Assembly: GCA_965203175.1 (NCBI GenBank)
Contig: OZ241867.1
Span: 5,664,001 to 5,728,000 of the forward strand
Source: Candidatus Latescibacterota bacterium
GTDB lineage: Bacteria > Latescibacterota > UBA2968 > UBA8231
DNA: 64,000 nt
Direction: 5' to 3'
Below the pieces are notes generated by a model. It made no database searches and was not told where the DNA came from. It was given only the letters and a program-made list of their open reading frames with translations. Position 1 is the stretch's first letter, and each line of letters begins with the position of its first letter. Below are positions 56,845-64,000 of this stretch, in pieces. The translations under genes and the position numbers were made by a program.

Positions 56845-58575
56845 CTATCCCTCCACCGGCTCCAGCCCGAGCAACACCAAGAGCCACGTGTTGTGCCAGT
56901 AGGCGCTGTTGATATAGGGGTTTTTCGCCGACGGCCAGTTCTTCCAGTAGGTCTGGTTGTGCGGGATGCGGTGATACCACTGTACGATGGGGATGGAGGG
57001 CAGCTCGGCCAGCCAGATTTCCATGGCCTCGCGAAAGAGCGTCTGCAGCGCCGGGTCGTCGGGCGCGGTCTGTCCCATCTGATCGACCAGCGCGTCAAAC
57101 TCCGGGTTCGACCAGCGCCAGAACCGCTCGGAGTGCGTGCCAGTGGGCCGAACGAATCGGCTGTGGTAGAGCCGCAGCGTGAAATACGGATCGCGCACGC
57201 TCGCACCATTACCCATCAAGAAGGCCCGCGCCGCGCCCTGCGCCATGCGCGAAAACGCATCGGGCGTCATGCGGAAGTCGGCGTCAAAACCCGACCGCTC
57301 CAACTGCGCCACCAAGACCGGTGCCAAGTCAGTAAAAATATCGAAAATGTCGATGACGATCTTGAGCCGCTCGCCCTCTTTGGTCCAGAAGCCCTCGGCG
57401 TCCTTGCTCCACCCTTTGCGCTCCATAATCGCCGCAGCCTTGGCCGGGTCGTGGACGCCGATCTCGTACTTTTCCACCAAGTCTTGAATCGTGTCGGTGT
57501 ATTGGCGGATGGGCGGGAAGTCCGGTAGCGGCAGGTGCGATTTAGTCCCGGCTCCCTGCCAGCCAATAGCTACCAATTGGTCGCGGTCAATGGCGTAGTT
57601 GATGGCGCGGCGGATATCCGGGTCGTCAAACGGCGGCTCCAAATTGTTGAACCCCAAGCACACCGGCCACCAGTCGAGATATCCGAGCGGCAACTCGCGC
57701 CCGGTCCAAGTAGAGACGTTGGGATTGGCGTCGAGGATCGATTGTATATTCGGCGGCCGGATGTCGAGGCAAGTGTCCATGGCGTTGGAGATCAAATTCT
57801 GCACTCGCTTGGTCTCCTCCATGTGCGTCAGATAGATGATGCGCTCCACGGCCGGAGGCTCGCGAAAGCCCGTCTTCTGCGCCCACCATCCCGGGCGCAA
57901 ATCCCACACCCGCTGTGCGGGCACGGAAATGAAGATCTCGTACGGGCCGCTGGCGACCGGCCAGCCTTTTTCCGAGTCGAAGTTACTGAACGTCTGCGGG
58001 TCTTGGCCCTCCCAAATGTGCTTGGGTACAATGGGGACGCCGTTGTCGAAGTTGTTGGTGAAGTAGCTAAAGACAAAGCGCGGATTAGGCTTGGTAAGCG
58101 CGATTTTAGCTGTGTGATCGTCGGTCGCCACAGCGCTCTTTACCCACGTCTGCATGTCGGTAGAAAAAGACAAATGTGGCGCGTTGTCTTTGAGCATGTT
58201 GATCGTAAAGACCAAGTCGTGCGCCGTCCACGGCTGCCCATCGCTCCACTCAACCCCATCGCGAATGTGGATGGTGACCTCGGTGTAGTCTTCGTTGTAC
58301 TCGTGCCCGGTGGCGATCCAAGGGATGATGTTGTCGGCGTGTGGATTGTAGGCGTTGTAGAAGTACAGCGGTTCGTATTGGAAGTTCCAACCCGTCTTGG
58401 AAACGCCAGTCAACAAAAACGGGTTAAACGAGTTGTAGTCCTTGATCTGCCCGCTACAGTCCTGCAAGCTCGAACAATCCATGACCAAGGTCCGGCTCCG
58501 TGGCACGTTCTTGTGCCCCTCGTCCCCACAGCTAACCAACAGCACCCCCACCAAACACAACAACAGACCCTGCAT
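56845..58575 (-). CDS. ABC transporter substrate-binding lipoprotein, family 5 (Opp/Dpp; possibly oligosaccharide-binding)
   Basis: Lipobox LVSC; YEPL, IRDGVEWSDG.P.TA.D..FT, PFDDPDIRRAI.YAIDR; ATG at 58575. Confidence 0.9.
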   Translation of the reverse strand: MQGLLLCLVGVLLVSCGDEGHKNVPRSRTLVMDCSSLQDCSGQIKDYNSFNPFLLTGVSKTGWNFQYEPLYFYNAYNPHADNIIPWIATGHEYNEDYTEVTIHIRDGVEWSDGQPWTAHDLVFTINMLKDNAPHLSFSTDMQTWVKSAVATDDHTAKIALTKPNPRFVFSYFTNNFDNGVPIVPKHIWEGQDPQTFSNFDSEKGWPVASGPYEIFISVPAQRVWDLRPGWWAQKTGFREPPAVERIIYLTHMEETKRVQNLISNAMDTCLDIRPPNIQSILDANPNVSTWTGRELPLGYLDWWPVCLGFNNLEPPFDDPDIRRAINYAIDRDQLVAIGWQGAGTKSHLPLPDFPPIRQYTDTIQDLVEKYEIGVHDPAKAAAIMERKGWSKDAEGFWTKEGERLKIVIDIFDIFTDLAPVLVAQLERSGFDADFRMTPDAFSRMAQGAARAFLMGNGASVRDPYFTLRLYHSRFVRPTGTHSERFWRWSNPEFDALVDQMGQTAPDDPALQTLFREAMEIWLAELPSIPIVQWYHRIPHNQTYWKNWPSAKNPYINSAYWHNTWLLVLLGLEPVEG

Positions 58576-58592
58576 CGCATTTCTCCGGAAAA

Positions 58593-59648
58593 TTATTTTT
58601 GCGCGTCGGCCGCCGCCGAGAACACTTCGTTTAGATCGCCGCTTTCCAACACCGGCGACTCCGCGTGCAGAAAACAAGCCACCGCCCGCTCGGCTTCTGG
58701 TCTGTAAAACGGCGGCGCGGTCGCACACTGGGCCATGGCTTGAGGGCAGCGCAGCACATAGCGGCAGCCGGCAGCCGCCTCTTCGGCCTCTATAGCCTCT
58801 ATATCGACCACTTCCTTTTCTTCCACTGCTTCGTCGATCCACTCACGCCCCGGCTCGGGCACGGGGATCGAGTGAATTAACTCGCGCGTATAGGGGTGCT
58901 GCGGATCCTTAATCACCTTCTCCGTGTGACCAGCTTCGGCCACAGCCCCGTGGAACAAGACGACGATGTTCTCGCTGACTTGGTACGCGGTTGTCAGATC
59001 GTGGGTGATGTAGATAAAGGAAATACCGAAATCGCGATACAGCGCGTGCAGGGTGGAGAGAATAGTCGCGCGGAGCGAGGCGTCCACCATGGACACCGGC
59101 TCGTCGGCGATGATCAGCTTGGGCTTGAGCAACAGCGCGCGCGCAATGGTGATGCGCTGGCGCTGCCCGCCCGAAAGCTGGTGCGGGTAGCGACCCAACG
59201 TCTCCTCGGGTCGTAGTCCAACTGCGCGCAGGGCCTCGCGTATCTTATCGTACGCATCGGCCTTGGAGTCGGCCAATCCGAACTTCCGCACCGGCGTCGT
59301 CAGGATGTGATCGATCTTGTAGAAGGGATTGTACACCTCAAAGGGATCTTGAAAAATCGCCTGTACGTCCTTGCGAAACTGCCGCCGCTCCTCCTTTTGC
59401 AGGTCGTGGACATCGCGTCCTTGGTAGAGCACCTCGCCGGCGCTGGGATCGAGTACCCCGAGCAACATGCGGGCGATCGTGGTCTTGCCGCTGCCCGACT
59501 CGCCAGCAATCGTGGTAAAGGAGGGCCTATCGGCGTCAATCGACAGAGAAAAGTCGCTGACGGCTATGGTCTCGGTACTGGGGCCGAAGCGCTGGCCGCC
59601 GCTGCGGAAGACCTTGCGCAGGTGGCGCGCCTCAAGAAGCGGGGGCAT
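58593..59648 (-). CDS. Opp/Dpp ABC transporter ATP-binding subunit (OppF-like)
   Basis: GESGSGKT, LSGGQRQR, ADEP, P.HPYT, C-terminal Cys cluster. Confidence 0.92.
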   Translation of the reverse strand: MPPLLEARHLRKVFRSGGQRFGPSTETIAVSDFSLSIDADRPSFTTIAGESGSGKTTIARMLLGVLDPSAGEVLYQGRDVHDLQKEERRQFRKDVQAIFQDPFEVYNPFYKIDHILTTPVRKFGLADSKADAYDKIREALRAVGLRPEETLGRYPHQLSGGQRQRITIARALLLKPKLIIADEPVSMVDASLRATILSTLHALYRDFGISFIYITHDLTTAYQVSENIVVLFHGAVAEAGHTEKVIKDPQHPYTRELIHSIPVPEPGREWIDEAVEEKEVVDIEAIEAEEAAAGCRYVLRCPQAMAQCATAPPFYRPEAERAVACFLHAESPVLESGDLNEVFSAAADAQK

Positions 59649-60639
59649 CTGCGTCCTCCTCGTGCAACAGACACGACGCTAAGTGGTCGGGGGCGACCGT
59701 TTTCAAGGTCGGTATGCGCTGGCTGCACTGGGGCATGGCTTGAGGGCAGCGCGGGTGGAAAAGACAGCCCGACGGCGGCTCCAACAACGACAGCGCGACC
59801 CCGGGAATGCCCTTGAACTCGCCCTTGGTCTCAAACGAGGGAATGCTAGAAATCAGAAGTTGAGTGTAGGGGTGTTGCGGATTGTGAAAAATCTCCTCGA
59901 CCCGGCCCACCTCGACCAATTTGCCGCCGTACATGATGCCCACGCGCTCGGCGAACTGCGCCATCAGGCCCATGTCGTGGCCCACCAAGAGCACGGTGGC
60001 ATTGAGCTGGTGCTGTAGCTGGCGCAAGGTCTGCATGATCTGCCGCTGCACGACCACGTCGAGGGCAGAGGTCGGTTCGTCGGCCAAGATGAGCTGCGGA
60101 TTGAGCGAGATGGCTTGGGCAATGCAGGCCCGCTGCTTCATGCCGCCGCTCAATTCGTGGGGGAACAGACGGGCCACTTCCGGTTTCAACCCGACCCTAG
60201 CCAACAGCTCAATCGCGCGCTCCAACTGCGCGGCCTTGGGCGGCGGTTGATCTTCGACCGCGTGCTCGCGCATCGTCAGCATCAGTTGATCCCCGATCCT
60301 CATCACCGGATTGAGCGAGTTCATCGCGCCCTGCGGCACCATGGCGACCCGCTTGAGCCGGGCCTGCCGCACTTGCTCGCGGTCGAGCTGAATCAGGTCG
60401 GTGCCGTCGTCTAAGGTCGCCTTGCCTCCGGCGATGAGACCCGGCGTCTTGATCATCCGCAACAGCGCCAAAATCAACGTGGTCTTACCGCTGCCAGATT
60501 CGCCGACGAGGCCAAAGCGCTCGCCTTTGTACAGGGTCAGATCAACCTTGTTGACGGCGCGGGCAATGCCGCGCCGGGTCTCGAAGTGGACCTCCAAGCC
60601 ACGGATGTCCAGCAGCACCTCTTTGTCGGCCTTGCTCAT
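59632..60639 (-). CDS. Opp/Dpp ABC transporter ATP-binding subunit (OppD-like)
   Basis: ATG at 60639 (ATGA overlap); GESGSGKT, LSGGMKQR, ADEPTSALDV, GCLFHPRC. Confidence 0.92.
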   Translation of the reverse strand: MSKADKEVLLDIRGLEVHFETRRGIARAVNKVDLTLYKGERFGLVGESGSGKTTLILALLRMIKTPGLIAGGKATLDDGTDLIQLDREQVRQARLKRVAMVPQGAMNSLNPVMRIGDQLMLTMREHAVEDQPPPKAAQLERAIELLARVGLKPEVARLFPHELSGGMKQRACIAQAISLNPQLILADEPTSALDVVVQRQIMQTLRQLQHQLNATVLLVGHDMGLMAQFAERVGIMYGGKLVEVGRVEEIFHNPQHPYTQLLISSIPSFETKGEFKGIPGVALSLLEPPSGCLFHPRCPQAMPQCSQRIPTLKTVAPDHLASCLLHEEDADAPAS

Positions 60640-61493
60640 ACGGCCTTGCGTTGTTTGGGGTTGGCCAGCTCGTCTAAGCCAGCCGCGGTCATCAACAAAC
60701 CGACGAAGATCACACCGATAAAGAAGATTGGAATCGCCCACCACCACCACATGCCGCGAATAAGCGCAGAGAACGTGATGGCCCAATAAATGGTCATGCC
60801 GACCGTTGGATCGTTCTGCGGCCCCAAGCCGAGCGCTTCTAGGCCGATTGACGAGAGAATGGCCCAGTTGACGGCATTGGTAAAATTGGCCGCGAGGTAG
60901 GGCAGCAGATTGGGGAAAAGCTCCTTCCAGATGATCTCGCCGTTGCTCATGCCGTTGAGCTTGGCCATCTGCACGTACGCCCGCTCGCGCATGGTCAAAA
61001 CCTGCGAGCGGATCGTGCGCGTGGGCCACATCCACGCCAGCGAAGCCACCACCAAGGCCATGATATTGACGCTGATTTCCTCGCGGATCGTCGAGGCAAT
61101 GGAGACCAGCACCACGAGGCCGGGCACAGTCAGTAGCGTATCCACGAGGCCGCGGATGACCGTGTCGATCTTACCTCCCATATAGCCGCTCGTAAAACCG
61201 AGAAAAATGCCCAACCCGAGCCCCACTGTGCCAGCCAACAGACCAATCCGCATAGTCAGCGGCACCCCCACCACCATCACGGCGAGGAGGTCGCGACCGG
61301 AGTCGTCGGTGCCAAAGGGATGCTCCAGCGAGGGCTCTTGTCGCGGCGGCGTAGCCAGTGGCTGTGCCTTCGAGGTATCGACGAAGATCGGCCCCAAGAC
61401 CCCAAACAGCACCACCAACAGGATCATGCACAGGCCGGCCGCAAGCATCGGGCTTTCGCGCAAGTAGTAGAGAATTTGGTCTAAACGGTGCAT
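60636..61493 (-). CDS. Opp/Dpp ABC transporter permease (OppC-like)
   Basis: HPFGTD..GRD, EAA-like loop YVQMAKLNG, WWW. Confidence 0.92.
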   Translation of the reverse strand: MHRLDQILYYLRESPMLAAGLCMILLVVLFGVLGPIFVDTSKAQPLATPPRQEPSLEHPFGTDDSGRDLLAVMVVGVPLTMRIGLLAGTVGLGLGIFLGFTSGYMGGKIDTVIRGLVDTLLTVPGLVVLVSIASTIREEISVNIMALVVASLAWMWPTRTIRSQVLTMRERAYVQMAKLNGMSNGEIIWKELFPNLLPYLAANFTNAVNWAILSSIGLEALGLGPQNDPTVGMTIYWAITFSALIRGMWWWWAIPIFFIGVIFVGLLMTAAGLDELANPKQRKAV

Positions 61494-61495
61494 GG

Positions 61496-62506
61496 CTAGT
61501 GGTGGCGGCTATGGGTAATACGCGGGTCGAGCAGCGGATAGAAGAAGTCCATCAGCATAGTCACCAAGCCGATGGACATGATGAGAATCAGCACCACGCC
61601 GTTGATAACCGTATAATCCGAGGCCTGGATGGCCTGAAAGAGCACCGTGCCGATCCCCGGATAGGCGAAGATCACCTCGACGATGACCTGGCCGGCGACC
61701 ACGTTGGCCAGCGACAACCCCAGCGCCGTGAGCTGCGGCAGCAGAGCGTTGCGCAGGCCGAAGCGGAAGAAGATCGTGCGGTTGCGCAGGCCATTGGCCT
61801 CGGCGAGCGTGATGTAATCCTCGCCCGAGGTCGTGACCATCATCCCCCGCATCCCCAGCGCCCAGAAGCCGACCTGCTGCAAGACGATGGCCAGCGCCGG
61901 CAAAATCGAATGGTGCAACACGTCGAGGGCAAAGGTGAGATTGAAGATCGCCAACATGCCGGGCGAGTATCCGCCCGAAAGCGGAAAGAGGTTCAGCTTG
62001 AGGCCCAATATGTAGAGCACAATCAGCCCCAGCAGATAGGGGGGAATCGCCGACATGGTCATCATCGGCACCGCCAAGTTGCGCATAAAGCGCGGTGCCG
62101 TCGGCCAAGCCGCCAGCGCCCCCATGAGCGTGCCCAAGGCAAACCCTAGCAGCACTGAAATGATCATCAGCCCAATAGTCCAAGGGATCGCGTTGCCGAT
62201 GATCTGCCCGACGCGGGCCGGATAGTTGGCCAGCGAATAGCCCAAGTCGAGCGTAAAGGTATCGCTGAGAAAGTTGAAGTATTGGACGTGGAGCGGTTTG
62301 TCGAGGCCGAACTTGGCTTGATAGGCCTTTACCATGGCCTCAATGCCGTCTTGGCGCAATCCCCCACTGGCCGCTAGCTGGCCGAGCTTTTCGCGAATGG
62401 GATCGCGGCCCGTACCCAGCCGGGGCACGAAGAAGTTCACGCTCGCCGCTGCCCATACTACAATCAGGAAAAGGGCGACCCTTTTGACGACAAAATTCCA
62501 AGACAT
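61496..62506 (-). CDS. Opp/Dpp ABC transporter permease (OppB-like)
   Basis: FGLDKPL..QY, DLGYS, EDY..LAEANGL, RNALLP, E.IF.YPGIG, LDPRI. Confidence 0.92.
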   Translation of the reverse strand: MSWNFVVKRVALFLIVVWAAASVNFFVPRLGTGRDPIREKLGQLAASGGLRQDGIEAMVKAYQAKFGLDKPLHVQYFNFLSDTFTLDLGYSLANYPARVGQIIGNAIPWTIGLMIISVLLGFALGTLMGALAAWPTAPRFMRNLAVPMMTMSAIPPYLLGLIVLYILGLKLNLFPLSGGYSPGMLAIFNLTFALDVLHHSILPALAIVLQQVGFWALGMRGMMVTTSGEDYITLAEANGLRNRTIFFRFGLRNALLPQLTALGLSLANVVAGQVIVEVIFAYPGIGTVLFQAIQASDYTVINGVVLILIMSIGLVTMLMDFFYPLLDPRITHSRHH

Positions 62507-62564
62507 GAGTTATATACAGGTGAATTTGGAAAGACGCTAAAGCTAGGGAATAAAGATCGCCTCG

Positions 62565-64000
62565 TCAATTGTCCCCGCCCTTTACCACCACCACCTCATC
62601 CACCGGCAAATCCTCCAACCGCGTCACCGTGCCATCGGGCCACAGCACCTCCACGCGCTCCACGCGCTCGGCCCGGCCCAAACCAAAGTGTAGGCGCACA
62701 TCGCCGTGACCCAAGTAGCCCGCCGCCCCGCCAACCGACCGCACCTGCGTCCGTCCACCCGCCGTGATTCTCACCCAAGTGCCGACGACTTCCGGATCGA
62801 TTTGCACCACAAGATAGCGACCAGCGAGCGTCTCATTGCGCAAGAGCGTCGGGCTGTCGTCGATATTGGTCGTGAACAAATCGACATCGCCGTCTTGGTC
62901 GTAGTCGCCGCTGATAGTCGCACGGCTCGACTTCTTCACCTCTAGCCCAGGGCCACCCCCTTCCACCGCAGAGAACGCGCCCGCTCCCTCATTGGCAAAA
63001 AGCTGGTTGCGCTGGGCGTATGTGCCCCCGGCGCTGGCGTGATCGACTTGGGGATAGATGTGGCCATTGGCTACGAATAGATCTAAGTCGCCGTCGAAGT
63101 CAAAGTCGAAAAAGCGCGTGCCCCACCCAAGATAGCCCACGGTCGGGGCCGCCAAGCCGCGCTCGGCAGTAGCGTCAATGAAGGTTCCACCACCCGAGTT
63201 CAAATAGAGCGTATTGGTCTCGCCGTAGAAATTGGTCACGTAGAGGTCGAGATCGCCGTCGCCGTCGCAATCGCCCGCATCTACGCCCATGCTCGCCTCA
63301 AGCTCGCCGTCGCCGTTGTACGCCACGCCGGCCTGCAAGCCTATGTCGTCCAAGCGACCGCCGTCGTTGCGGAACAGCACATTGGACGTCTCGTCGTTGG
63401 CCACGAATAAGTCGAGATCTCCATCGCGGTCAAAGTCTGCGGGCATCACGCCCAAGCCATAGTGGAAATTGGCCGTGGCCACGCCGGACGCGACCGTGAC
63501 GTCGGTAAAAACCTCACCGTCGTTGCGGTAAAGCCGATCCCGCCCGCCTTCCATCCCCTGCGGACCGCAAAAAACCCGCAGCCCGCCCAGATAGACGCAG
63601 GGATCGTCCAAGTCCGGATCTTGTAGCACCGGCTCGATATCGAAGACCACGTAGTTGGCAACGTAGAGGTCGAGGTCGCCGTCTTGATCGTAGTCGAAAA
63701 ACGCCGCACTCGCGCTGAAGTCATCGCCGGCAACCCCAGCCTGCGCTGTAACCTCGGCAAAGGTGCCATCCCCGCGATTGCGATAGAGCGCGTTGGCACC
63801 GTAGTTGGTCACATAGAGATCGCGCTGCCCGTCGCCGTCGTAATCCCCCACAGCCACCCCCATGCCCCAACCGCGATCCTCGACGCCAGCTACAACCGCC
63901 ACAAAAGCTCCGCCGTCGTTGCGGTAAAGCACATTACCCGGCCCCACACCATAGTTGGCATAAGTCGATCCATCCACCACATAGAGATCGAGATCGCCGT
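62565..64000 (-). CDS. CRTAC1 family FG-GAP/ASPIC-UnbV protein, 5' end outside the window
   Basis: Frame open to the window edge (DGDLDLYVVDG...); DYDxDGDxDL repeats; LHFGLG...WPDG. Confidence 0.9.
   Translation of the reverse strand, partial: GDLDLYVVDGSTYANYGVGPGNVLYRNDGGAFVAVVAGVEDRGWGMGVAVGDYDGDGQRDLYVTNYGANALYRNRGDGTFAEVTAQAGVAGDDFSASAAFFDYDQDGDLDLYVANYVVFDIEPVLQDPDLDDPCVYLGGLRVFCGPQGMEGGRDRLYRNDGEVFTDVTVASGVATANFHYGLGVMPADFDRDGDLDLFVANDETSNVLFRNDGGRLDDIGLQAGVAYNGDGELEASMGVDAGDCDGDGDLDLYVTNFYGETNTLYLNSGGGTFIDATAERGLAAPTVGYLGWGTRFFDFDFDGDLDLFVANGHIYPQVDHASAGGTYAQRNQLFANEGAGAFSAVEGGGPGLEVKKSSRATISGDYDQDGDVDLFTTNIDDSPTLLRNETLAGRYLVVQIDPEVVGTWVRITAGGRTQVRSVGGAAGYLGHGDVRLHFGLGRAERVERVEVLWPDGTVTRLEDLPVDEVVVVKGGDN

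Overview
High-GC bacterial window with no rRNA, tRNA, CRISPR array, integrase or transposase that I can support. Gene content (tandem PhyH dioxygenases, sulfatases, GH95/GH116 and paralogous beta-propeller hydrolases, CRTAC1/ASPIC-UnbV proteins, DUF6785/6784-type membrane proteins, FlgD-Ig/T9SS-like sorting domains, a plant-type LRR protein) resembles sponge-associated Latescibacterota/Gemmatimonadota-like symbionts; that assignment is inference. Layout: catabolic genes (1-12021, 16610-20731, 48192-56522); a visibly AT-richer toxin-antitoxin/defence islet (~12022-16600) with an ABC/AAA ATPase plus nuclease-like partner flanked by higBA debris; an Opp/Dpp-type ABC transporter (56845-62506); and envelope genes. 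The best candidate for an undescribed system is a tightly coupled 14-kb six-gene operon (20929-35050). It encodes three paralogous secreted proteins ending in an FTPNGD/FlgD-Ig domain and '-AY', two paralogous ~930-960 aa Asp-rich probable outer-membrane beta-barrels, and a parvulin PPIase lipoprotein. All family assignments come from motif recognition by eye, not database searches.
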